Shown here one piece after another: positions 1-32,349 of a stretch of 64,000 nucleotides of DNA. This DNA comes from Podarcis cretensis. Its lineage: Eukaryota. The DNA lies in contig OX638151.1 of assembly GCA_951804945.1 (NCBI GenBank), positions 40,982,001-41,046,000 of the forward strand. Reading direction: 5' to 3'. The notes under the pieces are model-generated. The model searched no databases, was not told where the DNA came from, and saw only the letters and a program-made list of their open reading frames with translations. A program made the position numbers and the translations under genes. Every line of letters begins with the position of its first letter. The first letter of the stretch is position 1.

Positions 1-858
1 GTGAGGAGAAAACATGGCTCCGTACTTCACCCTTCCCTCCAGTGCACTTAGAAGGATTATAAGTTGTAACTTAAATGTAGGGTGGTATAGCCCCATAGAG
101 GATTCAGAGTACCAGCACTGCTTTGCTTTGCTCTGGCTTTGCTATAGCAGCAAATACTTTAAATAGAAAAAGCCCTCTGCTGTAAACCTTTATCCAATTA
201 TGTCCCCACCACTGAAAGAGCTCAGAAAGACTTGTCAACCCAGATGTAATTCTGTCACCTTCTTTCCCATTTCCTCTTTAACCTCTTCAGTGCTTAAGAC
301 TCATATTAATTCTACTAAATTGGACTTTTACTCAAATTAGCAATGTATATGTGTGCACACATTTTCTCTCTGTTTCTGTGTGCATGGGGGTGGGGCTGAT
401 CCAGGGGACGAGGAGAGAAGTGACCAGCAGGATTATGGGTAGGAGGGAAACTATCATAACAGTTTCAAGTACAATAGTTACTATAATATAAATGGTAATG
501 ATATAAAATTGTACATAGCAGTACTAGAACATTTAGACCATTCTCATATTTTAATAAAGAAGTTGGGAGGGGGATTCTTTAAAAGAAAAACATTGAAACT
601 ACATTGGTTTGTGTTTCAGTTGCCCTTTGGATATTCAAGAACTGACTAATAACAAACTGATCATTTAACATTAACAGAATGCAAAAGACAGATTAAGAGA
701 AGTCTTATTGCAAAGCCCAGTTTTACAAGTGTTATGAGAACCAAGTGACAGTGAGACATCATTCACATTGTTACGAGGAATTTGCATCATAGGAGACAAA
801 AGCAATAAAATGTGACTGTTGCAGCCATTCCAAGTATTCAAACAATTGTTAATTATGA

Positions 859-1228
859 GTGGCGCTGTGGTCTAAACCACTGATTCTTTTGGGCTTGCTG
901 ATCGGAAGGTCAGCGGTTTGAATCCGCCTGACAGCATGAGCTCCCATTGCTCTGTCCCAGCTTCTGCCAACATAGCAGTTTGAAAGCACACCAGTACTAG
1001 TAGATAAATAGGTACTGCTGCGACGGGAAGGTAAATAGTGGTTCCATGTGCTCTGACTTCCATCATGGTGTTCTGTTGCGCCAGAAGTAGTTTAATCATG
1101 CTGGCCACATGACCTGGAAAGCTGTCTGTGAACAAATGCCGACTCCCTCGGCTTGAAGTGAGATGAGCGCTGCAACCCCATAGTCACCTTTGACTGGACT
1201 TAACTATCCAGGGGTCCTTTACCTTACC
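859..1228 (+). mobile_element. Sauria SINE (older, diverged copy)
   Basis: tRNA-derived head GTGGCGCTGTGG...GGTTTGAATCC, body AGTAGATAAATAGGTAC, tail GGGGTCCTTTACCTTACC. Confidence 0.88.
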
Positions 1229-4200
1229 ATTCTCATTAAGGTGTTTGGGGCTGCAGTCCTATTGTGCTGTTAGTAAAAATAAACATCCTAGAAGCTTTTT
1301 ATGGCTGAATATCGGGGTAAAAATGCTTAAAATATAAACAAGCATCATAAATATACCAACAAAAAGGATTGGATTTTACAATCAGCAAATCTGTATTAAA
1401 TCAACATGTTTGGTACAGAAAGCCTTTTATAATCATTTCAGCTGTTAATGATTCTGCCATTGTGCATTCTAGGACTCTAAATGTATAATTAGAAGTACAC
1501 GTATAGATTACTCAGATTGCTACATTATATAATCAGAAAGATACAATTGTAAAATGATCTATTTTAACACTTGCTTAGCCAACAACTGAAATTTTCTAAA
1601 ACAGATTATTGTGCATAGTGATTTTTGCAATCCTAAAAATTATGTATAGATTTGTGTTTTTTAAAAGATTCATTTTATAGAGGATTTTGTGTACAATCTG
1701 GTTTTTCTGCTGATCTGTAACAACCTGGCCACAGAAAAATCCATATCTTGACAGTGAGTTACTCTTATAGGCATCTGTTTCCCACTTTATCTAGCATAAT
1801 TAAGACTTTAACACATGGTTTCCTGTGCATACAATGTGTAACTATTTGAAACGTGCCAATTGGATACTGTCAGTGTCCACCAAGGAAACTGGCTTCTTCT
1901 GGCAACAGGTGTACTGCTGCCAGGCTCAGCATGCCTAGAGGAGCAGCTCAGAAGACAAGAGAGCAGGCAGCTGAGGAACAAGCTTTTAAAAATCCATTTA
2001 GCTTCTGCTTCTACTTACCTGCCAGGCCAATGGAAGCAGTGGAGAGTAGACCTATAGTAAAAAACTGTTTGGAGATTAGCTATAGCTGAGAAAATAACCT
2101 ATACTGAAAGGAAAGTAAAAAACAGATGCCTTTTATGCCATCTGATGGCCATGCATTTCATATACACGCAGGTCCTGCTTTCCCAGTGCAATGCCTTCCT
2201 CTGAACAAGAAAATAATTTGTTAGGTCAGCATTCACATGACAAAGCTGGTGATTTCCATTACTTCCTATGGGAACATTTTTAATTTGTGATTTGTCCAAT
2301 CTCAATCCCTCCCTGGTTTATGCCTGAAACTGCCACAGCCAATCAGCAAAACCAAACAAAAGAAAAGCTGATTTGTTCAATCTCTCTTGCTCCCTGATTT
2401 GTCTGATCTCTCTCCGTCCCTCCATGGTTTCTGCTCAAAATGGCTGCTGGCAACAAGCAGAGCATGAACAAGTAAGGAAGTGGGCAAGCTCCAGCTGTTC
2501 AGATATCTTAATCAGCAGTTTGGGTATAACTGAAATTTTTGATAACAAGTGTTCCAATAGTGGGACCTGTGTGTACTAGTGAAAGGGGTCTACAAAATAT
2601 GTTATCTGCTTCATCATTACAAATCTAGATGTTGTGACCATGTATACTTCTTGATAGTTGGATACTTCAGTTGGAGAAGATGACCTCATTGCGGACAGAT
2701 GCTGCCCTGCAACCCTGGAAGAATAACATCAGAGCATCCTGCAGAAAAATGAAAAGAGGGACAAATAGTATAGGGACATGAATACTTACCAGATATCTGG
2801 AGAGACTTCGGGGAGGGGTGTTATGATTATGTTTATTTGTCTAGTTATATTTTGTTATATGTATATGAAAACCAATAAAAAGTACTTATAGAAAAAGCAG
2901 TGGAGAAAGAGGCATTTGATACAGTAGAATGGAGATTTTTCTTTTATTAACTGAAAGTATTTGGTTTTATACTCCAATTCTTAACTTGGATTTGCTGAAA
3001 GATGAGGAAGTGTGACCCTGTTGATTATATTGATGTGCTTCCAGAGGCAAGGCTTTTTGTGAACAAGGACATTGTTTTTCCTTTTGAGACTGTGGAACTA
3101 AAAGTTACCATCCATACCATGTCAAACTTTTGTGTTCATTTTATTTGATCACTCTATTTCCAGTCTATACCAGTGAGTGGATCATGCCAAGATGTGTTTG
3201 GAACAAAACAATTCACACTTTGCACCACATCCATCATATCTATCACTTCCCTTTTCCACTCATGTGTTTCCTGACCACGAATGCATGTATTTCATAGACC
3301 TGCATGTGCTTAAAAAAAGATTAAAAAATTGGAATGCTGGTATTTCAGAACTTTGACATTCTGATTGGCCACAGTCAGTTCTCCTTTTCCGACTGTACTT
3401 CATTTCTAATCACAATAATTTGTATTGTGTGATTGAAAAACAGCCTATGTCTTCTGTACAATGACACATGCACACAATGTAACTGGCAAATACCTCCTTT
3501 TACTAAAAGTTGGAACATTTATTATGGTCATTCATTATAAAGTGCTAACAGAATTGCTGGAAACCTTAAATTGCAATTTTTCAAAAAATAAATAATAGAG
3601 CTGCAGAAATTTGTGCATATACACTGTGCAAAAGTCTTTAGTAAAGAGATCTCTGCAATATTATAAAAGTAGTAACATGCCTGGCAGTAATGGAAAGAAA
3701 CAAAATTGCATGGATAGTGTGATCAGGTGAGAGCAGAAGAGAAGAGCTGTGATTAAAGGATAGCTTTCTGGAATTGTCATTTACCCAAATCAAAACCATA
3801 GCCAAATAATCGTAAAGGGTAAAAGAGCAAAGAGGCATCCATACATAAAGTTATGGATGAAAGGAAGAAACATTGTGGGATGTTTGCAAAAGGATGACAA
3901 GATGGTGTGGATGCCATGAAAAAACCACAGGAAACAGAGGAAAACATTGCACAATGTCTTGTCTCAAAACACCATTGATGTTTCAGGGGCTTTCAACCAT
4001 GGCAGCCTTCTGGTTAGGCCCTCTTGAGTTGGAACTGACTCCAGATGGTGGTGTTAGGCAATGATTGCTTGACCCCTTGCCAAATGTGCTTTGGGCTCCT
4101 GCAGCATTCTCTCATTTCTCCCATGCCATTATACGTTTAGATAAAAGTACTGGGAAAGGGTTTTGTAATTACAGAGTGAAACAGTTTAATAATTAGAGTG

Positions 4201-4596
4201 TGTAAATGGAAACTGCAGAGTTTAAAGTACCATAGTCATAAATGATTCTAGCAGGTATATGTAGAACAGAGAGAAGACCGAAACATATGGTGTGCCTGGT
4301 AATTGAGATGTAACCCATGGATGTGAAACTTGTAGCCTTCCAGATGACGTTAGCCTTGCCATCAGCCCCAGCCAGCATGGGCAATGATCAGAGATTATGA
4401 AAGTTGTAGTTCAACATCTGGAGGGCTAAATGTTCAGTTTGGGGGGTAGCAGTTGTGCATGGGTTCCTAGGTGTTTGAAGGTATAGGAGACAGAATGGAT
4501 TGGAGAAATGTGATTGAGAGAAGAGAGCTACTAGCAATTCAAAGAAGGAGTTCAGGTTCTAATGTTTTTTTTTTCTTGAGAGTCCATACTCAAGTT

Positions 4597-4975
4597 GGGA
4601 CGCAGGTGGCGCTGTGGGTTAAAGCCTCAGCGCCTAGGGCTTGCCGATCGAAAGGTTGGCGGTTCGAATCCCTGCGGCGGGGTGCGCTCCCGCTGCTCGG
4701 TCCCAGCGCCTGCCAACCTAGCAGTTCGAAAGCACCTCCGGGTGCAAGTAGATAAATAGGGACCGCTTACCAGCGGGAAGGTAAACGGCGTTTCCGTGTG
4801 CGGCTCTGGCTCTGGCTCTGGCTCTGGCCAGAGCAGCGATGTCATGCTGGCCACGTGACCCGGAAGTGTCTCCGGACAGCGCTGGCCCCTGGCCTCTTAA
4901 GTGAGATGGGCGCACAACCCCAGAGTCTGTCAAGACTGGCCCGTACGGGCAGGGGTACCTTTACCTTTACCTTTT
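4597..4975 (+). mobile_element. Sauria SINE (young subfamily with internal (CTCTGG)n)
   Basis: GGGACGCAGGTGGCGCTGTGG head, B-box GGTTCGAATCC, (ACCTTT)n tail, TSD-like TACTCAA. Confidence 0.92.
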
Positions 4976-5029
4976 TACTCAAATAAGTAAGAGAGGTCAG
5001 TGCCCATATTCTCAAACAACCAAAAGAAG

Positions 5030-5530
5030 GGCTTCTATTTTCTGGCGATCTAGGATGAAGGCACTTCTAGAGGTGATTATTTTGAACCCCAAGATTGCTC
5101 TTCTCTCCATTTTTGCTGCGGATGCCCAGGACCTTACTCAAATGGATCTTCTTACCTGCCTTATCGTGGCAGCACAGCTTACCATTGCTAGACACTGGAG
5201 AACCTCAAATGCTGACCTGTTTGAAGTGTGGTTTATGCAAGCTTGGGACTTAATTTTAATAGAAAAGGCAACAACAACTTCAAGACCTGAGGAACAATGC
5301 TAAATCAAATATACAACATGGTTTTGGTTTTTTTGTATGCTTTGACAACAGAACATGACTACAATCCACCTACAGCTCATGAAGATTTATGGAAGGACAC
5401 TTTTATTTGACGGGAAATATTTACATGATACTGAATTACTTTGAAATGTGACTGTGCTCTGGTGAGGGGGTGGGTCTTTATATCTTTTCTTACGTTGCTC
5501 AAACGGAAATGAAAAAAGTCATTTAAATAA
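5030..5530 (+). mobile_element. Decayed L1-clade LINE ORF2 C-terminal/3' fragment
   Basis: LIVAAQLTIARHWR...EVWFMQAWDLILIEK resembles non-mammalian L1 ORF2 C-termini; followed by an A-rich end. Confidence 0.5.
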
Positions 5531-5642
5531 ACCCAGAATTTCCTACGTCTTTACCCTGCCCCCAGCATCGACCATGATGATCAGTCTCACTGGAGTCGAT
5601 TTTCAGTCTCTAGCTCTACTGGCCAGTCAGCTGCAAGGTGTA

Positions 5643-5959
5643 CAGTGGTGCCTCGCAAGACGAAATTAATCCGTTCCGCGAGTCTCTTCGTCTAGCGGTT
5701 TTTTCGTCTTGCGAAGCAAGCCCATTGACAGCTTAGTGGATTAGCGCTATTAGCGGCTTAGCGGATCAGCTGATAAGCGGCTTAGCAGCTTAGAAAAGGG
5801 GGGGGGAGGGGAAAAAACCTGCAGGAACTCGCAAGACATTTTCGTCTTGCGAAGGAAGCCCATAGGGAAATTCGTTTTGCGAAGCGCCTCCAAACGGAAA
5901 ACCCTTTCATCTAGCGGGTTTTCCGTCTTGCGAGGCGTTCGTCTTGCGGGGCACCACTG
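5643..5959. mobile_element. Tc1/mariner(pogo/Tigger)-type MITE, family A
   Basis: TA|CAGTGGTGCCTCGCAAGACG ... CGTCTTGCGGGGCACCACTG|TA. Confidence 0.85.
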
Positions 5960-8223
5960 TATATGCATGCATCCAGTCAGCAATCACTGTGCTGCTAGGT
6001 CCCACCTTGATCTGCAGCTCACAGTTTTTTCAAGCAATTCCTTCTCTTGGAGAATGAGCTTTTAGCAATTTCCATTGAAAATAGCCTGAGAGGACGTTCA
6101 TCCCTCACCCAGAGTTTCCTTGTGATTGGCAACATTAGCCAATCAGAAGTCATCAGGACACAGCCATTTGCATGGCAGAGAGGTGCTTCTAACTGATGCC
6201 CCCAACCAACTCTGTACTTGCTGTGAAACCTCAGCTTTCTCCAGTTCTTGTGTGCTGCCCCCTAATTGGGTCCTGACTCAGTCACACCTCCTTGGGCTGT
6301 GGTGGAGCAAGAGCAAAGCTGGATTCCTCAGCTACCTCCAGAGAAGCAGGCAGCCGGAGGTATCACAGCAAGGGGGAAATCCCTCTTGCTTTTACAGTCC
6401 TCTTTGTAGCAAACCTTTTGAGTTCTCGATCAGGCTGGATGTTACACAAAAAGCGAGGAGACGCCGATGAAAAAACAACAATAGCATGTTGCCACTTTCT
6501 GATGTGTCAATGGATATTTAAAGTGTTAACATGCATTTAAGAGGTCTCAAAGGAGGGGACATTGGTTTGTTGATCCTCTCCTTGATAATGAATATGTTGG
6601 CAGGCACATAATTTGCTGAGCTATTCCTCATTTCTGTAATGGATGTATATATTTTGTTTTGGTGTGCTCAATAAACATCATTTCTGTCTTGGAAAAGACC
6701 TGTGTGAGTCATTGAGTAAATCTGCCAACATGCATTGATAACATAATTTAATCCTAATACATGAGACTCTTGGAATATGTGTTTAGTAAAAGCATGGTTT
6801 TACTCAGGAGGTGCATCAAGTATGGTAGGAGATTTCACATTAACATGCTGCTGAATCCAATTCTTGCTAGATGAGTGCGCTTTGGAAGGAGATATGCCCA
6901 GAGGTGTTTGACTTTTAGTTAATCAATAGAGGCAGAGGCAAGATGCAAAAGATAATGGAAGGATGTTGCAAAATTACTGTAGACTTTGAGTCTGATACAC
7001 ACTTTCTGAATCTTTATGAGGCTGGAATGGAGTACCAATCTAGTAGCAATTCAGCTTGGGTAGGTTTCTGCACTTGGCCAGTGGTTGTTTGTCCACCCAT
7101 GGTGTTAACTTGTTTTGGAAGGTGCTGAGTTGTTCAGTTCACATTTGGGGGGAATAATTTTTGCTGTGAACATAGGGTCTACAGGAGAGCCATGGAACAG
7201 AATGGAAGCAAACTGGTCAAGCCAAGTCTGGCTCAGTTCTGAAGCAGGCTGAACTGTCTTTCTGGAGGGCAGCGATCCGTGCAAGAACTGTGAGATCCAG
7301 GAAGACTGACAAAGCAAAGTCCTACGGCAGAAGAATGGACCCCTTTGAGGAGGACATTCAACCATGTAGTTCTAATTCAACTATGTAGCTAGCAGGAGAC
7401 AGTGCAAGGTTCCTGCTGGTGCAATAAGTTCCCCTGCCTTCCCTTTGCCCCCCCCCCCCCAAATTGACTTGGAGGTGGGGAGAGTTAGGGAAACTCCCAG
7501 AACAGCACACAGGAAGGGAGGGGCAGCTCTTTCTGTCAGGCAAACAGAAATGCTTGTGGTGTGTTCTGCCAAAGATGGACAATGATGACCACTAAAGTCG
7601 CTCTTTAACAGGCTTTATTTACAGGCTGAGTTAAATAAGGAACAAAGCAAGAGGAAACGGACATCTTGCAGCTCCACCTATGGTTGGAGAATCACTTTCC
7701 CTTTTTGGGCAAACAATGGGTTGAATCCTTATAGGTCTGCACTGAGATTCCTACTGCCCATAACTGGGCTTGCACGTTGGAAAATATCTGGGAATGCCGG
7801 TGACGCTTGGTCACCTGTGCTTGATGTCATCTTCCCATGACCTTGTCTGCAAGGTCAGAACAGTCAGAACAAATGGTGGACTACAAAGGGATGTGATGGT
7901 GAAGATCTTCACCTGCTACTCTATTCAGCACTGAGTTAATGTGTGGGGATCCAGCTTGCCAGGCCTCCAAAGGACACATGGTCCCATATCTCCCACGCTG
8001 TTGGTCAGATAGGCTTTCTAGAATAAGTGCTGATTCTAGCAAGCAGTGATTAACTCTTACGGATCTCTACAAAGCTGTGCTAGTGTAACTTCTTGCAAGT
8101 GCTAGGTCCAGGCCTGTGCACCTCTGAGGACATTCAAAGGGAAAATTTGCAGTGCATCACATGTAACTCTTTGTAATACAATGGTCTTCGGCATATGTCC
8201 AAATACAAGCTGATGGAATGTTT

Positions 8224-8497
8224 GTGGGGTTGGCAACCTAAGGCCCATGGGCAACAAGTGGCCCACAGGGGTTGTTTAACTGGTCCATGAGCCGCCCCTG
8301 AACTGAGCCACCCACTTGGCGAGTCCCTACGCGCTGCACTAAAGCAGTGTGGCGCGGGGACACGTTTCCATGGCGCCGGAAATCGCGTCTGCACCGACGC
8401 TGGAAATTGCACCTGTGCAGACACTGGAAATCATGGGCGCGGAGGGATCTCCGCTGGAGTGAACCGGCCCAGGCGCGGTAAACCTTGCCAACCCCTG
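8224..8497. mobile_element. hAT-like non-autonomous element
   Basis: Terminal inverted repeats GGGGTTGGCAA ... TTGCCAACCCCTG around a GC-rich interior. Confidence 0.6.
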
Positions 8498-10631
8498 CCC
8501 TAAAGCAGTGGAAAGCTTTCTGCAGGTTTCTACCCCCAATCTGTCATTCATCAATACAAAACTGTATTTTATTTTGACAATTTATATACCACTTAATCTG
8601 CTGTCACCTCTAAGTGGTGTACAGAAGACATAGTACAAAGGGTTGGACCCCAGCCACATGCAGCACAATTTTAGTTGGGAAATAGGATGGAAAGAAATGA
8701 AGAGAGAGAAATAGGCAGTCATAAAGCAAAGGGTATCATGGAGTGAAGGAATCGGAGAGAGACCACACCTCTGTGCTAAAGCTCATTTCCCATTTTTGCT
8801 TCTTGTGCTTGGCTCTTAAACTTTGTAGCAGGGTTTCTGCTTGGTCTGGGGGCCTTTTGGATCTCAGCTTCCTGTCCTTTTATTTGTAGTCATATAAATA
8901 TTATATTTTTAAGGGAAACGGGGAATGCAATCAGACAAGATGTAATAAACCATAATAAAACAAAACCCTACTTTCTGTGTGTAGTTTTTTGATGGAGGGG
9001 GCACACCTGGTCATCCAGATCAATCCCAGGTTCATTCATTCAAGCAAATAGATCCTCATATGGAGTCCGTATATCTGAAAACTTTGCATATTTATTGCGC
9101 TTACAGAAGGTCACCACCTCAAGTTGCTAGCCAAGTCATGTATTTTGTCCTTTGTATGATGGTGGGTCAGGTGGACCTTTTTAAGTCATTAGTTAATTTT
9201 CCATGAGTTGGTAGAAAAGGATCCCCTGCCCCCCAGATTACTCGTAATTGTCTGATCTCTGTCGCTGTGCATACTGGCATGCAGTTCTGGTCTATATCAG
9301 AAGTTGTCATTACAGAATTTCGTGGTGGCGGAGAATGGTGAAGGATTGTTGGGGAGAGTTGTAAAGACTTGCAAAGAAGAAACAGAAGACTGAAGTTGCA
9401 GGATTTTGGCAACTTTGGACTTTCGACCTGCTGAGAACTTGAAGCAAAGACTGAAAACCCTCTCAAGGCTCGGAGAGAGAACCCTTCTTGAAGCAACTGT
9501 ATCGAGTGTGTGCATTTGTGCTTACTAATTAAAACAACCTCCGATAGAGTTTGTCTGCTGCAGGAATTTTAATCGTTTTGCTGAACTTCTGACTGGGCAG
9601 TAAGCCAACTGATTATTGGGCACAAACTTCCAAAAGCCCTTTCCTTCCATTATTGTGTTAGATAGTGCCCTTAGCCAGTTATACTATCCCTCTGACAAGT
9701 TCCAAAGGACAGGGATACAGTTTGATAAGACACTGACATATTTCGATTTCAAATGAGTTACCAAGATCATGTTTGCATGGCTGATTACGTGTCAAAAATC
9801 AGCCAAATAATATGGCATAATATTGCATGTACAGCACTCCAACACCACCACATGCCAGAGCTGGTTGCTGTGTTTGGGGTTTGACATATGCCTACTATTG
9901 CCTTAGGATATTGTTCAGAACCCATCAGTTTACTCAAAGGGCAGGGGTTTCTGTGGTGTGTGTCAGGGTCAAACAAAGCAGTTAGCAGGTGTTTTAGTGG
10001 TATATACAGCCATTCTGCAGCTGGTGGAAGAGAGCATGCCTCTTTTCATCTGGGAAAGTGGAGAAAGACATCATTTGCATCAATCACAGTTTAATTTCAA
10101 TTCTTAATGGGAAATAGGAACCCCATAAAAAGGAGGGGAGAGAGTACCCAGCCTCTTTTGATTGTTTTCCTCTTTGTGGCTTCTATGCTGATCTAACTTT
10201 TTTTATATAAAAAACCCCCCAGAAAACCTTGTTATCATGTCATTCACTTGTTGGAACAAGGAGTTTCTGTCAAATGACATCATTGCTTCCATACTGAAAA
10301 AAGTACCAGAGCTCTGAAATGCTTATGTACCAAGTTTAGGTTGGCTAAGAATAAAACACAAGAAGACACCTTCCTAGGGAAATGGTCTCCCTTTGTTTCA
10401 TACATGAACACTAACAGAGATTGCAGAGATTTGGAGGATAAGGGCTGTTTTTTCCTTCTCTTTAGAGATTTCCACACCTGATGACAACAGGAACAGACTG
10501 CAGTAGAATTTGGTATGGTTGACTTTATGTACTGCTGCATGAAGGAGAGACGTGGAAATTGTAACCTAAGTTTTGAATATTGTTTATTGAGTTTGTACTT
10601 CCTTTGAAGAGGTTCATTCAAAATTATTATT

Positions 10632-10637
10632 TTTATT
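10632..10637 (-). terminator. Candidate ABCC10 polyadenylation signal (AATAAA)
   Basis: First canonical AATAAA on the minus strand downstream of the ABCC10 stop; a second lies at 10583-10588. Confidence 0.4.
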
Positions 10638-11080
10638 TAAAAACAACAGGGCTGTGCTTCCCTGTACCCCCCCCAAACCCTGCTGTGCTTCTATCCACAT
10701 ATCTATTCAATGGAGATGCCTTTCTCACTGTCCCCAGGCAAGAATTAGACAGGCATTCCTGGTTGATTGATGCGCAAAAGCCCCACCCCAAATTCTCCCT
10801 CTTCCCCACAGCTCCCTTTTGCCCCATGCTTGGCTCCACCCACTTAAACGCTTCTCACCTGCCTGCTGTTGCTTTCTGCAAGAACTCTAGCATTCTTATG
10901 AGAGGCGCTTGTCTACATTATGCAAGAGAAACTCCCTTCGCTCCCAGCATCGTCAAGAATTGAGACTGTGACTGTTAGTGCAAAGCTAATGCCCTATGGC
11001 ACTGCCCACCCCTTTTCCTATTTTTGCTACTTGTGATATTGTTGTTTTCTTCTTCTGACCCTCCTGTATTCTTTTTGTAG

Positions 11081-11211
11081 GTGTGACACAGGCTGGGAAG
11101 AGGAATACTGCAAACAATGTGTGAGGATGCCAGACTGTAGCCATGGGACTTGCTGCTAACCCTGGCAATTCAGTTGCCGAAGTGGCTGGCCAAGCAGGTT
11201 CTATGACCAAG
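11081..11211 (+). pseudogene. DLK2: DLK2 (delta-like non-canonical Notch ligand 2 / EGFL9) relic exon, EGF-like repeats, in-frame stop
   Basis: 131-nt exon between TTTTTGTAG| and |GTAGGC. Translates CDTGWEEEYCKQCVRMPDCSHGTCC*PWQFSCRSGWPSRFYDQ versus recalled human DLK2 CDPGWEGLHCERCVRMPGCQHGTCHQPWQCICHSGWAGKFCDK. TAA at 11157-11159. Syntenic position, convergent with ABCC10. Confidence 0.88.
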
Positions 11212-11576
11212 GTAGGCCACGCCACTTGGGACAGGGTGGGGACGTCTTGAATAAAGTCAGGACAGGGGAAGGACACAGTGTTAAATGCTCAGCTGCCTTA
11301 CACTGCCCACATGGCCTTGTAGCAAGCTCTCCAGGGTCTCACACAGGGTTTTTTCTTGATGCCGAGATGTGTTGGAGCGATTAACTGCAGCCCTTGGCAG
11401 TCCTGGACAGAGAATGTTCTGTCACCTGTTCTCAGTTCGTAAGCTGGACTCTCAGCCGTGTGTGGAGTGCATCTTTCGTTAAGCTGCAGATACCAGGAAA
11501 GGGTCCCACATTGCAGAGGGGAACATTCCCAGTCGTGAGGTACCAATTGTCCAGTGTTTGTGTCTCTGCAGGGAGG

Positions 11577-32349
<20,773 letters not shown>

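Noticed and set aside
1-4500. Short ORFs in the left intergenic region (possible TJAP1 exons)
   Set aside because: No TJAP1-like peptide or CpG island seen; the ORFs are short, and some (e.g. about 2050-2105, VWRLAIAEKIT) look like decayed L1 fragments.
4597-4680. tRNA-like A/B boxes (TGGCGCTGTGG, GGTTCGAATCC)
   Set aside because: tRNA-derived head of a Sauria SINE, repeated in five copies; not a tRNA gene.
4471-4986. ORFs with PEPEPE/LWLWLW/ARARAR repeats (also 51938-52294)
   Set aside because: Translations of the SINE-internal (CTCTGG)n.
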